This document shows positions 42,687 through 53,274 of a stretch of 64,000 bases of DNA, piece after piece (the stretch's first letter is position 1; each line of letters starts with the position of its first letter). The position numbers and the translations under genes are program-made. This stretch comes from Oscillospiraceae bacterium (GTDB lineage Bacteria; Bacillota; Clostridia; Oscillospirales; Butyricicoccaceae), in assembly GCA_045658985.1 (NCBI GenBank), contig JAZOWC010000068.1, positions 464-64,463 on the forward strand. Reading direction: 5' to 3'. Below the pieces are notes generated by a model, which saw nothing but the letters and a program-made list of their open reading frames with translations, had not been told where the DNA came from and did not search any database.

Positions 42687-44093
42687 TTACCACTCCATCT
42701 CGTTCAATCTAAGCAGCGCACGGGCATAAATACGCATACCCCGCTGCAGTCTGTCAAGTGATACACTCTCGTCCTTGCCGTGAGCGCTGCCAAAGCCGGG
42801 TGCAAAATCCTCGGGAGGCAGACAGCCGCTCATACCGTAGACCAGAGCGTTGGGCAGCACATGGGCATAGGTGCCGCCGCCTACGGTGTAGGGCTTGCTG
42901 TCGGAGCCACACTGCTCGTTGGCGATCTTTGTCAGCTCCCTGATAACGTCCCAGTCTCTGTCCAGCAGATAGGGGTCCGTTCCCCGCTGAATACCCGCTA
43001 TCTCAAAGCCGTTGGCCTCGGCAAGGGTTCTGAGTCCCTCGGCGATACGCTCATAGGTGATCTCCATGGGATAACGGATATTGATGCCCATCTCGGGTCT
43101 GCCGTTTTTGTGCCGCACATCCACCATGGCAAGAGTCAGGTTGCCCATGATCCCATTTTGGCAGGCGATGCCGAACATCTCGCCCGCCACGTCGGTAGAG
43201 ACTGCTTTGAGGAAGGCGGCTTTTTTTGCATCATTTTCGCTGAGCAGTCCGCTTTTGAGCATAGCGTCGGTGATGACGGTGATCATATTGCCCTCACGCT
43301 GGGGATGGGCGCAATGGACGGGGGCGGTGTTGGCGGTAAGCTTGATGCCACCATTATATTTTTCGGTATCACAGCCCTGTGCCTCTATATATGAGTCGGT
43401 GCTTATCCACGCCTCGGCCTTGCCGGGTGAATCGTCCCTGCCCGCCTCAAGTCTGACCGCATCCCAGGGGGTTTTGGCTATAATGCGTGCGCGGACGCAG
43501 CCTTTGCCGCCGTAGCCCACGGGAAAACCGCTGTCGGGCACAAGGGACAGTCTGGGTGCGGGATAGCGGCGGAGGAACTCTTTGACATCGGCCTTTTCGG
43601 GGGTGTTTTCCACCTCGGCCATTGCAGTTTCTTCGTTGCTGCCCACAAACAGGGCGGGATTGTATCTGAGCGAGATGCCCAGTTTTTTGAATATCTCAAG
43701 CAGGCGCAGGATGGCTACCAGCTGACCTTTGTTGTCGGTGACGCCGCGGCCGATGATGCAGCCTTTTTACTCAACGGCGTTGTAGGGGTCATAGTTCCAG
43801 CCGATGCCCTCATGCACAACGTCGCCGTGTGCCCAGATACCGAGGTCGATCTCACCCTCATCAGGCGAAAGGCTGACCACGCCCGTGCCGTAATCACGGG
43901 TGACAAATCCGCGGTCTGCGCCCAGCGCCATAACCTCTTCCAGCAGGCGCTGAGGGCCCTCGCCGAAGGGTGCGCCCGGCAGGGGTGCTTCCCTCACCGA
44001 GCGGATGTTGACGAGGCGGATGACGTCAGCTGCAATATTGGCACGATCGGCATCTATCAGTTCGTCGATCTGCCTGATCAGTTGCTCGTCCAT
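42687..44093 (-). pseudogene. PepV/Sapep-like M20 dipeptidase interrupted by one in-frame TAA (codon at 43767-43769)
   Basis: Track ORFs 43767..44105 and 42687..43646 are in the same frame. Reading through gives ...YNAVE*KGCIIGRGVTDNKGQLV..., where both intact paralogs have AVEYKGC (TAC). A single TAC to TAA change. Confidence 0.75.
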
Positions 44094-44098
44094 AATTT

Positions 44099-45526
44099 TT
44101 ACCATTCCATATCGTTGAGAGCCAGCATGGAACGTGCGTAGATACGCATACCTCTCTGCAGGCGGTCAAGCGACACGCTCTCGTCCTTGCCGTGAGCACC
44201 GCCGTGGCCTTTGGGGAAATCTTCGGGGGTCTTGTTGCCGCTGAAGCCAAAGGCGAGGCCGTTGGGCAGGCAGTGTGCATAGGTGCCGCCGCTGAGGGTG
44301 TAGGGAGCTTTGTCGTCGCCTGTGATCTCGTTGGAGATCTTGTTGAGCTCTGTGATGATCTCCCAGTCCTTGTCCAGCAGGTAGGGACGCACGCCGCAAT
44401 AGGTGTCAACCACCTCAAAGCCGTTGGCGGCTGCGGTGGCGGTAACCTTGGCAAGTACCTCCTCATAGGTGGTACCCATAGGATAGCGCATATTGATGCC
44501 GAACTCGATCTTGCCGTCAACCTCGATGATATCCAGCAGAGCAAGGGTAAGGTCGCCCATACCCACGCCCACGGTCTTGACGCCGAACATCGCACCGTCA
44601 ACGTCCAGAGAAACGGCTTTGAGGAAGGCGGCTTTTTTGGCATCCGCCTCGGTCAGCAGATTATTGTCCAGCAGAGCACCGGTCACGATGGTGACCATAT
44701 TTCCGCCGGGCTTGGGGTGTGCGGAGTGGATGGGAGGGGTCTCGGCGGTGACTTTGACGCCGTCTGCGCATTTTTCGGTGGTGCAGTTTTCAAACTCGGC
44801 ATACTGTGCGCCGGGGAGGATAGCTACTGCCCTGCCGGGAGCGTCGGGTGTGCCTGCGGTGAAAGCAAGCTTCTCCCAGCCGTCAAAGCTCCGAAAACGC
44901 ACGCGCATAGAGCCTTTGCCGCCGTAGCCTACGGGGAAGCTGCTGTCGGGAACCAGCGACAGACGGGGTGCTTTGAACTTGTTGATAAAGCCCACAGCCT
45001 CATCATTGCCGGGCAGACCCATCATGTCGGCCATACCGGCTTCTTCGTCGCTGCCCACGAACAGAGCGGGGTTGTATTTGAGGGGTGTGCCGAGCTTTTT
45101 GAACATGGTGAGCAGGTGCAGTGCCGATACCAGCTGGCCTTTGTTGTCGGTGGAGCCGCGGCCGACGATGCAGCCTTTGTACTCCACTGCGTTGTAGGGC
45201 TCAAAGTTCCAGCCCGAGCCCTCGTGGACAACGTCGCCGTGTGCCCAGATGCCCATATCTATCTCACCCTCGCGGAGGGCAAGGCTGATAACACCGGTGT
45301 TCTCGTACTCACGGACTACAAAGCCCAGCTCTCTGCCCATTTCCATAACCGTATCGAGCACCTTGCGGGGGCCTGCGCCGAAAGGCGCACCGGGCAGAGG
45401 ATTTTCACGAACAGAGCGGATATTGACAAGCTTGATAACGTCGGCGGCGATATTGGCACGGTCTGCATCAATAAGCTCGTCGATCTGTTTGATAATATCG
45501 TTATTCATATCGGTATGTTTCTCCAA
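44099..45526 (-). CDS. PepV/Sapep-like M20 dipeptidase, paralog 2
   Basis: WAHGDVVHEG, GRGSTDNKGQ, GSDEE, HGKDE. 475 aa from a TTG. Alternative ATG start at 45508. Confidence 0.8.
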   Translation of the reverse strand: MEKHTDMNNDIIKQIDELIDADRANIAADVIKLVNIRSVRENPLPGAPFGAGPRKVLDTVMEMGRELGFVVREYENTGVISLALREGEIDMGIWAHGDVVHEGSGWNFEPYNAVEYKGCIVGRGSTDNKGQLVSALHLLTMFKKLGTPLKYNPALFVGSDEEAGMADMMGLPGNDEAVGFINKFKAPRLSLVPDSSFPVGYGGKGSMRVRFRSFDGWEKLAFTAGTPDAPGRAVAILPGAQYAEFENCTTEKCADGVKVTAETPPIHSAHPKPGGNMVTIVTGALLDNNLLTEADAKKAAFLKAVSLDVDGAMFGVKTVGVGMGDLTLALLDIIEVDGKIEFGINMRYPMGTTYEEVLAKVTATAAANGFEVVDTYCGVRPYLLDKDWEIITELNKISNEITGDDKAPYTLSGGTYAHCLPNGLAFGFSGNKTPEDFPKGHGGAHGKDESVSLDRLQRGMRIYARSMLALNDMEW

Positions 45527-45529
45527 AGT

Positions 45530-46939
45530 TTACCACTCCATCTCGTTGAGAGCGAGGAATGCACGTGCATAGATGCGCATAGCTCTCTGCAGACGGTCGA
45601 GGGATACACATTCGTCCTTGCCGTGTGCGCCGCCGTGGCCTACGGGGAAATCTTCGGGCTTCTTGTTGCCGTTCATACCGTAGACCAGAGCGTTGGGCAG
45701 ACGGTGTGCATAGGTGCCGCCGCCGAGGGTGTAGGGAGCCTTGTCCTCACCTGTCACGTCGTTGGATACCTGATTGAGCACCTTGATAACATCCCACTCA
45801 CTGTCCAGCAGGTAGGGGTTGGTGCCGCGGGTTGCGGCAGTGAGCTCAAAGCCGTTCTCCTCTGCGAAAGCGGCAAGCTGCTCGGTGATCTTCTCGTATG
45901 TAGTCTCGATGGGGTAACGGATGTTGACAGCAAACTCGGGCTTGCCGTCCACGTCGGTGACAGATACCAGAGCAAAGGTCAGGTTCTTGGTAGCGCCGCC
46001 GCCTGCTGCGACACCGAACTTCTCGCCTGCGATGTCCAGAGATGCCATGTTGAGGAATGCGGCCTTCTTGGCGTCCTCCTCGCTGAGCAGATTGTTCTGG
46101 AGCAGGGCTCTGGTGATAAAGGTGACCATATTGCCCTCTGCCTTGGGGCTGGAGGTGTGGATGGGAGCGCTCTCTGCGGTGACCTTGAGGACTTCGCCGC
46201 GCTCGACTGTGCAGCCTTCCATATCGGGGCAGTCTTTGAGGGTCTTGAACCATACTTCTGCCAGACCGGGAGCACCCGTCTGACCTGCGATCATCTTGAT
46301 GCCCTCCCAGGGGGTCTTGGCTCTGAATCTTGCGCCTACGGAGCCCTTGCCGCCGTAGCCTACGGGGAAGCCGCCGTCGGGAACCAGAGACAGCTTGGGG
46401 CACTTGTATACGTTGATAAAGCCCTGAGCATCCTCATTGCCGGGAACGCCGATCATATCGCCCATACCGGTCTCCTCGTTGCTGCCGATGTACAGAGCGG
46501 GGTTGTACTTGAGCTCAACACCCAGCTTCTTGAAGATCTCCAGCAGGCGCAGGATGGCTACCAGCTGACCCTTGTTGTCGGTGGAGCCGCGGCCGATGAT
46601 ACAGCCCTTGTACTCGATGGCGTTGTAGGGCTCGTAGATCCAGCCGATACCCTCGTGAACAACGTCGCCGTGTGCCCATACGCCCAGATCGATCTCACCG
46701 GGCTTGAGTGCTACGCTGGCAACGGCTGCCTTATCGTAGAAGAAGGTCTCCAGACCGCGATCTGCGCCCATCTCGAGCACGGTGTCAAGCACCTTGCGGG
46801 GGCCTGCGCCGAAGGGTGCGCCGGGCAGGGGTTCTTCTCTGACCGAACGGATATTGACCAGCTTTATAACGTCGGCTGCAATATTGGCACGGTCGGCATC
46901 TATAAGTTCGTCGATTTTTTTGATAAGCTCCTGATTCAT
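45530..46939 (-). CDS. PepV/Sapep-like M20 dipeptidase, paralog 1
   Basis: Same motif set. 469 aa. Confidence 0.85.
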   Translation of the reverse strand: MNQELIKKIDELIDADRANIAADVIKLVNIRSVREEPLPGAPFGAGPRKVLDTVLEMGADRGLETFFYDKAAVASVALKPGEIDLGVWAHGDVVHEGIGWIYEPYNAIEYKGCIIGRGSTDNKGQLVAILRLLEIFKKLGVELKYNPALYIGSNEETGMGDMIGVPGNEDAQGFINVYKCPKLSLVPDGGFPVGYGGKGSVGARFRAKTPWEGIKMIAGQTGAPGLAEVWFKTLKDCPDMEGCTVERGEVLKVTAESAPIHTSSPKAEGNMVTFITRALLQNNLLSEEDAKKAAFLNMASLDIAGEKFGVAAGGGATKNLTFALVSVTDVDGKPEFAVNIRYPIETTYEKITEQLAAFAEENGFELTAATRGTNPYLLDSEWDVIKVLNQVSNDVTGEDKAPYTLGGGTYAHRLPNALVYGMNGNKKPEDFPVGHGGAHGKDECVSLDRLQRAMRIYARAFLALNEMEW

Positions 46940-46979
46940 GGTTTGTGATCCTTTCTTTATGTACGTATCAAAGTATTAT

Positions 46980-48548
46980 TCAAAGCTCGCGGGTGATGAC
47001 TCTGCCGCCCTTTTCGCCGGTAGCTTCGCCGTCTACAGCGGCTATTTTACCGCCGACGATGACGTAATTGAGGCCCTCGTTCTTCAGGGTGCAGTCAACG
47101 AATGTAGCGCCGTCGATGATCTTGTTTTCGTCAAAGATGCAGATGTCGGCATCCATACCGGCACGGATGAGACCCTTGGTGTCCAGGCCGTAGACGGCGG
47201 CGGGCATGCTGGTCATCTTGCGGATCATCTCGGGCAGTGTGCAGGCGCCCTTTTCGCGGACGTATCTGCCCAGCACTCTGGGGAAGGAGCCGCGCAGGCG
47301 GGGATGGTATTTGCGCAGGGTGGGTCTGCCCACACCGCTGTCGGTGCCGATCATTGCCCGCTCGTAGCCCATAATGGCGCATACGTCATCATCGGAGATA
47401 CCGAAGTAGCAGGCCATACCCTTGAGGTCGTTGAGAATAAGCAGGTCAAAGAGTGCCTCGTAGTGATCCTCTTTGCCCATCATAGCGGCGACCTCACTCA
47501 TACGCTTGCCCTCGTACTGAGGAGCGTTGGCGATGGTGTTGAGCTGTACCCAGTCCAGATCCTCTCTGCCGTAGCGCTCTACGTTGCGACGGCGGAGTGC
47601 GGCGCGGACTTCGGGCTTTTTGAGTTCCTCCAGCATTACATCGTGGGAGTTGGCTCTGAACTCGATAGTGCCGAAAATAGGCAGCAGGGAGGTATTGTAG
47701 GCGTTATAGGGATAAACGTCGGCATAGACGTCCAGTCCCTCGGCGTTGGCCTCGTCAATGAGTCGCATCAGGTTGTACACCTTGCCCCAGTTTTCTTCTC
47801 TGTCGCTGGACTTGAGGTGGGAGACGACGCCTCTGGCGCCGCTCTCGCGCAGTACCTGCAAAAACTCCTTGACGGCGGCGGCAACGTTGTCACCCTCGTT
47901 GCGGATATGTGCGGTAACCACGCCGCCGTACTCGGCGGCCACCTTGGCAAGCGCCGACATCTCGGGCACTTCGCTGTAGCAGCCGGGGTTGTAGCCCAGA
48001 CCGAAGGACAGACCCAGCGCACCCGCCTCCATGGCGTCGCGGACATAGTCTTTCATTTTTTCCAGTTCTTCCTCGGTGGGGGTGCGGAAGGCATTGCCCA
48101 TTACTGCGTCGCGGATGGAGTTGTGGCCTACAAGCACCATACTGTTGGCGCCCTGAGGCACGGTCCTGGCAATGCTCAAAAATGTGCTCATATCCTTGTA
48201 GACATCGCACTCGAGACCGAACTCACCGATCTGCTCGGCTTTCTCACGGCTGCCGCTGTAGGGAGCGGGAGAGCCGCCGCACTGACCGCCGATGGAGGTG
48301 GTGATGCCCTGCTCGATCTTCTCTTTCTGCAGAGGCTGCAAAAGTACCCAGCCGTCATTGTGGGAGTGAGAGTCGATAAAGCCGGGGGTGACGGTGAGGC
48401 CGCGGGCGTCTATCTCCCGCTGGGCAGATTCACGGATGATTTTGGAGACCTTGGCTATTTTGCCGTCTTTGACAGCGATATCGGCATAAAAAGAAGGGCC
48501 GCCGGTACCGTCAAGGATCTTGCCGTTTCTGATAATAATATCGTACAT
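46980..48548 (-). CDS. N-acyl-D-amino-acid deacylase (D-aminoacylase) family amidohydrolase, paralog 6
   Basis: MYDIIIRNGKILDGTG, GFIDSHSHND, GGQCGGS, AHIRNEGD, VSHLK, GTDSG. 522 aa. Confidence 0.8.
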   Translation of the reverse strand: MYDIIIRNGKILDGTGGPSFYADIAVKDGKIAKVSKIIRESAQREIDARGLTVTPGFIDSHSHNDGWVLLQPLQKEKIEQGITTSIGGQCGGSPAPYSGSREKAEQIGEFGLECDVYKDMSTFLSIARTVPQGANSMVLVGHNSIRDAVMGNAFRTPTEEELEKMKDYVRDAMEAGALGLSFGLGYNPGCYSEVPEMSALAKVAAEYGGVVTAHIRNEGDNVAAAVKEFLQVLRESGARGVVSHLKSSDREENWGKVYNLMRLIDEANAEGLDVYADVYPYNAYNTSLLPIFGTIEFRANSHDVMLEELKKPEVRAALRRRNVERYGREDLDWVQLNTIANAPQYEGKRMSEVAAMMGKEDHYEALFDLLILNDLKGMACYFGISDDDVCAIMGYERAMIGTDSGVGRPTLRKYHPRLRGSFPRVLGRYVREKGACTLPEMIRKMTSMPAAVYGLDTKGLIRAGMDADICIFDENKIIDGATFVDCTLKNEGLNYVIVGGKIAAVDGEATGEKGGRVITREL

Positions 48549-48562
48549 TTTTAACTCCTGAT

Positions 48563-50125
48563 TTATTCCTCTCTGAGCAGGACTCTGCCTGCTCTCGTGC
48601 CGTTGTATACGGCGTTTTCGGCGGCGACCTTGCCGCCCACTATAACGTAATTAAGTCCGTCTGCAGGCGCTCTGCAGTCATCAAAGGATGCGTTGTCGAT
48701 GATCGTGTCGGGATCGATGATGCAGATGTCGGCGTCAAAGCCGTCCCAGATGAGACCCTTGGTCTTGAATCCGTATACGGCGGCGGGCATTGCGGTCATT
48801 TTGCGGATCATCTCGGGCAGAGTGGTGACTCCCCTCTCGCGGACGTATCTGCCCAGCACTCTGGTGAAGGAGGCCGACATACGGGGATGGAAGAATATCT
48901 GCTCGCCCGCAACGCCCGAATCGGTGCAGATCATGGCTCGCTTGTGTGCCATAACCGTCTCAACGTCCTCCTCGCACATAGTGAAGAAGCAGGCGGAGGT
49001 GACCATATTGCAGTCGATCATTATATCGAACATCACGTCGTAGTGATCCTGACCCTTCTCGCGGGCGATATCGCCCACAAGTCTGCCCGAATACTCGGGA
49101 TGGGCAGGACAGACGGTGATCTGCACCCAGTCGAGATCTTCTTTGCCGTAGTGGTCTACGTTGATCCTGCGGACTTTGGCGCGATACTCGGGATCACGCA
49201 GCATCTCGCTGAGCCTGTCATTGCCCACGCTGCGGTCAGCTCGGGGGATGAACATACTCAGCATATTGGTATGTGATGCCGTAAAGGGATAAACATCGCA
49301 GTACACGTCATAGCCCTCGGCATTGGCCTCATCTATCATACGCAGGGTGTGGGAGACCTTGCCCCAGTTTTCTTCTTTCTGATAGCATTTGTGGTGGGAG
49401 ATAACGCCGCGGCAGCCGGAAGCTTTTATAATGGACAGGTATTCTTTGGTAGCGCGGATAAGATAGTCTGCCTCGTCGCGCATATGAGCGGCCAGCACGC
49501 CCTCGTACTCTTTGACCACCTTGGCAAGCTCGATGCACTCCTCTGTGGAGGCATAGCAGCCGGGGGCATAAAAGAGGCCGAAGGACATACCGAACGCGCC
49601 GTGCTCGAGAGCATCGCGGAGGAGGACTTTCATCCCGGCCATCTCTTCTGCGGTGGGTGCGCGGTTGTCCAGACCCATAACGGCGCGTCTCAGCTGACCA
49701 TGACCTACAAGCAGAGCCATATTGCTGCCCAGAGGCACGTCTTTGGCAATATCAAGCAGGCTGCCCATGGTCTTGTAGACCACCTGACGGTCACCGAAAT
49801 CGCCAACCGGCTTGGAGAGTGTGTCAGTCTTGGCCAGCGGTGCAATGCTGCCGCCGCACTGACCGGACAAAGTGGTGGTAATGCCCTGCTGAACCTTTTC
49901 GATCTGGTCGGGATAGGGCAGCAGCTCGCGGTCACTGTGTCCGTGAGAGTCAATAAAGCCGGGGGTGACTGTCAGGCCGCGGGCATCGATGACGCGGGTG
50001 GCGTCGCCCTGTATGCCCTTTTTGACCTTGACTATTTTGCCGTCTTTGACGGCTACGTCGGCAAAGTATGACGGCGAGCCTGTGCCGTCGATTATTTTGC
50101 CGTTTTTGATAAGCAGATCAAACAT
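48563..50125 (-). CDS. D-aminoacylase family amidohydrolase, paralog 5
   Basis: GFIDSHGHSD, SGQCGGS, AHMRDEAD, ISHHK, CTDSG. 520 aa. Confidence 0.8.
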   Translation of the reverse strand: MFDLLIKNGKIIDGTGSPSYFADVAVKDGKIVKVKKGIQGDATRVIDARGLTVTPGFIDSHGHSDRELLPYPDQIEKVQQGITTTLSGQCGGSIAPLAKTDTLSKPVGDFGDRQVVYKTMGSLLDIAKDVPLGSNMALLVGHGQLRRAVMGLDNRAPTAEEMAGMKVLLRDALEHGAFGMSFGLFYAPGCYASTEECIELAKVVKEYEGVLAAHMRDEADYLIRATKEYLSIIKASGCRGVISHHKCYQKEENWGKVSHTLRMIDEANAEGYDVYCDVYPFTASHTNMLSMFIPRADRSVGNDRLSEMLRDPEYRAKVRRINVDHYGKEDLDWVQITVCPAHPEYSGRLVGDIAREKGQDHYDVMFDIMIDCNMVTSACFFTMCEEDVETVMAHKRAMICTDSGVAGEQIFFHPRMSASFTRVLGRYVRERGVTTLPEMIRKMTAMPAAVYGFKTKGLIWDGFDADICIIDPDTIIDNASFDDCRAPADGLNYVIVGGKVAAENAVYNGTRAGRVLLREE

Positions 50126-50132
50126 TATACGA

Positions 50133-51695
50133 TCAGTCCTCTCTCAAAAGCACCTTTCCGCAGCATTTGCCATTGAATACGGCGTTCTCTGCAACTACCT
50201 CACCGCCGATGATGACGTAATTCAGACCCTCGGCACGTGCTTTGCAGTCGGTGAAGGATGCTTTGTCCACGATCTTGTCGGCATCAAAGATGCAGATGTC
50301 AGCGTCAAAGCCGTCCCAGATGATGCCCTTGGATTTGAGGCCGTAGACGGCGGCGGGCATTGCGGTCATCTTGCGGATCATCTCGGGCAGAGTGGTGACT
50401 CCCCTCTCGCGGACGTACTCACCCAGTGTTCTGGTGAAGGATGCGGTCAGTCTGGGATGGAAGAACACCTTGCCTGCGGTGATGCCGCTGTCGGTGCAGA
50501 TCATTGCACGGGGATGTGCCATGATGGTCTCCACGTCTTCTTCGCACATTGTGAAATAGCAGGCCGAGCAGGCGACTTTGCTGTCGTGCATAATGTCAAA
50601 CAGCATCTCATAGGGCTCCTTGCCCTTTTCGCGGGCGATGTCTCCAACTACCCTGCCCGAATACTCGGGGTTGCCGGGGCAGATGGTGACCTGAACCCAG
50701 TCAAGATCTTCTTTGCCGTAGTAGCTGACGTTGATGTTGCGTACTCTCTCGCGGTACTGAGGATCTTCCAGCATCTTGGTCAGACCGTCAAGACCTGCCG
50801 CTCTGTCCTCGCGGGGGATGAACATACTCTGCATATTGGTATGGGATGCGATGTAGGGGTATACGTCGCAGTAGAGGTCGTAGCCCTCGGCGTTGGTCTC
50901 GTCGATCATACGCAGGGTGTGGCTGACCTTGCCCCAGTTTTCTTCTTTCTCATAGCATTTGTGGTGGGAGATAACGCCGCGGCAGCCCGAGTCTTTGACG
51001 ATGGCGATAAACTCCTTGGTAGAGCGGATGAGATAGTCTGCCTCGTCACGGATGTGGGAGGTAATAACGCCCTCGTACTCCTTGACGATTTTGGCAAGCT
51101 CGATGCACTCATTGACCTCGGCATAGCAGCCGGGAGCATAAAACAGACCAAAGGACACGCCCATTGCGCCGTGCTCCATACCCTCGCGTACCAGAGCTTT
51201 CATCTGATCCATTTCGCTCTCGGTGGGTGCGCGGTTTTCAAGACCCATAACGGCACGTCTCAGCTGGCTGTGACCCATCAGGATGCCCGTGTTGCTGCCC
51301 TGAGGCACGTCTTTGGCTATATCAAGCAGGGTGCCCATGGTCTTGTACAGATCAAGCTGGATGCCGAAGTTGCCCACCTGCTTGGGGGTGGTTGCGTACT
51401 TCGAAATAGGTGCGATACTGTCGCCGCACTGGCCTGCAATGGTGGTGGTGATGCCCTGCTCGACCTTTTCGGTCTGATCGGGGTGGGACAGCACAAAGCT
51501 GTCGTTGTGACCGTGAGAATCGATAAAGCCGGGGGAAACGATCAGGCCGGTGGCGTCAATGATCTGCTTGGCATCGCCGCAGATGCCCTTTTTGACCTTG
51601 ACGATCTTGCCATCCTTGACGGCTACGTCGGCCTGATAAGAAGGCGAGCCTGTGCCGTCGATAACTTTGCCGTTTTTGATAAGTATGTCAAACAT
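50133..51695 (-). CDS. D-aminoacylase family amidohydrolase, paralog 4
   Basis: GFIDSHGHND, AGQCGDS, SHIRDEAD, ISHHK, CTDSG. 520 aa. Confidence 0.8.
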   Translation of the reverse strand: MFDILIKNGKVIDGTGSPSYQADVAVKDGKIVKVKKGICGDAKQIIDATGLIVSPGFIDSHGHNDSFVLSHPDQTEKVEQGITTTIAGQCGDSIAPISKYATTPKQVGNFGIQLDLYKTMGTLLDIAKDVPQGSNTGILMGHSQLRRAVMGLENRAPTESEMDQMKALVREGMEHGAMGVSFGLFYAPGCYAEVNECIELAKIVKEYEGVITSHIRDEADYLIRSTKEFIAIVKDSGCRGVISHHKCYEKEENWGKVSHTLRMIDETNAEGYDLYCDVYPYIASHTNMQSMFIPREDRAAGLDGLTKMLEDPQYRERVRNINVSYYGKEDLDWVQVTICPGNPEYSGRVVGDIAREKGKEPYEMLFDIMHDSKVACSACYFTMCEEDVETIMAHPRAMICTDSGITAGKVFFHPRLTASFTRTLGEYVRERGVTTLPEMIRKMTAMPAAVYGLKSKGIIWDGFDADICIFDADKIVDKASFTDCKARAEGLNYVIIGGEVVAENAVFNGKCCGKVLLRED

Positions 51696-51700
51696 AGTGA

Positions 51701-53269
51701 TTATTCCTCTCTAAGTATAATTTTTCCGTTGCGTTTGCCGTTGTGTACGGCGTTCTCTACTACTACCTCACCTGCCACAAGGACATAATTGAGTCCCTCG
51801 GCACGTTTCTGACAATCGGTAAACTCGGAGCGGTCGATAAGCTTGTCGGGATCAAAGATGCACAGATCGGCATCGAATCCGTCCCAAACGAGACCCTTGG
51901 AGCGCAGATCGTATACTGCGGCGGGCATGGCGGTCATCTTGCGGATCATCTCGGGCAGCGAGACCACGCCCTTTTCGCGGACGTATCTGCCGATGGCACG
52001 GGGGAAGGATGCTTTGAGTCTGGGGTGGTAGACAGAAGCTTTGCCTGCCACACCGCCGTCGGTGCAGATCATTGCCCTCTCGTATGCAAGAACGGTCTCA
52101 ACGTCCTCCTCGGCTATGGAGAAGTAGACGCCCGTAACCGCAAGCTCGCTGGCTATGAGGATGTCATAGACCATATCGTAGGGGTCTTTGCCCTCCATGC
52201 GGGCGATATCGTCCATACGCATACCCAGATACTGGGGATAGGCACTGCTCTTGACGAGCTGAACCCAATGGAGGTCGTTCTGCCACTTCTGACGTGCCCA
52301 CTCGGTGATCTCGGCGCGCTTTTGGGGGTCTCTCAGCTGCTCAAGCTGGGCAGCCGTGCTCTGCGCGCGGAATGCCTGAGGCAAGAAGGAGGTGTTGATG
52401 CCCGTGCTTGCTGCGTGATAGGGGTACACGTCGCAGTATATCTCCACGCCCTGCTCGTTGGCCTCCCTGAGCATACGGATGGTGTGGGTGACTTTGCCCC
52501 AGCTCTCCTCGAGGCCTGCGGCTTTGTGGTGGGACAGAACGCCGCGGGCGCCGCCTGATGCGCGGATGATGGTGATAAACTCCTTGACGGCGCGCACCAG
52601 AGTCACGCCCTCACTGCGGATATGGGCGGCGACAACCGCGTTGTACTCGCCTGCCACCTTGGCAAGCTCGATACACTCATCTGTATCGGCATAGCAGCCG
52701 GGGGTATAGATGAGTCCCAGCGACAGACCAAGCGCACCCGCCTCGATACCCTCACGCAGGAGAGCTTTCATTCTTTCAAGCTCCTCCAAAGTAGGCTTGC
52801 GGTTTTCTACGCCCATAACGGCGCGGCGGAGAGAACACTGACCCACGAGCATTGCGATATTGCTGCCCTGAGGCTTGTCTTTGGCGCAGGAGAGGAAGGT
52901 GCCCATAGTCCGGTACACCTCGTCCTCTCTGCCCACGCCGTCTATCATCTTGATCTTGCTCTCGGGAATATCGCAGCCGAAGGGTGCCTGAGATGTGCCG
53001 CACTGGCCTGCGATGGAGGTGGTTATACCCTGCTCGATCTTCTCCCGCTGATCGGGAAAGGTGAATATTGCCGAGTCATTGTGGGCGTGGGAATCTATAA
53101 AACCCGGGGTAACCACAAGTCCCTGAACGTCGATGGTTTCTTTGGCCTCGCCGCGGATGCCCTTTTTGACCTTGACGATCTTGCCGTCGCGGATGGCAAC
53201 GTCGGCAAAATATGAGGGAGAGCCGGTACCGTCGATTATTCGTCCGTTTTTGATGAGCAGGTCAAACAT
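51701..53269 (-). CDS. D-aminoacylase family amidohydrolase, paralog 3
   Basis: GFIDSHAHND, AGQCGTS, AHIRSEG, LSHHK, CTDGG. 522 aa. Confidence 0.8.
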   Translation of the reverse strand: MFDLLIKNGRIIDGTGSPSYFADVAIRDGKIVKVKKGIRGEAKETIDVQGLVVTPGFIDSHAHNDSAIFTFPDQREKIEQGITTSIAGQCGTSQAPFGCDIPESKIKMIDGVGREDEVYRTMGTFLSCAKDKPQGSNIAMLVGQCSLRRAVMGVENRKPTLEELERMKALLREGIEAGALGLSLGLIYTPGCYADTDECIELAKVAGEYNAVVAAHIRSEGVTLVRAVKEFITIIRASGGARGVLSHHKAAGLEESWGKVTHTIRMLREANEQGVEIYCDVYPYHAASTGINTSFLPQAFRAQSTAAQLEQLRDPQKRAEITEWARQKWQNDLHWVQLVKSSAYPQYLGMRMDDIARMEGKDPYDMVYDILIASELAVTGVYFSIAEEDVETVLAYERAMICTDGGVAGKASVYHPRLKASFPRAIGRYVREKGVVSLPEMIRKMTAMPAAVYDLRSKGLVWDGFDADLCIFDPDKLIDRSEFTDCQKRAEGLNYVLVAGEVVVENAVHNGKRNGKIILREE

Positions 53270-53274
53270 AATGA

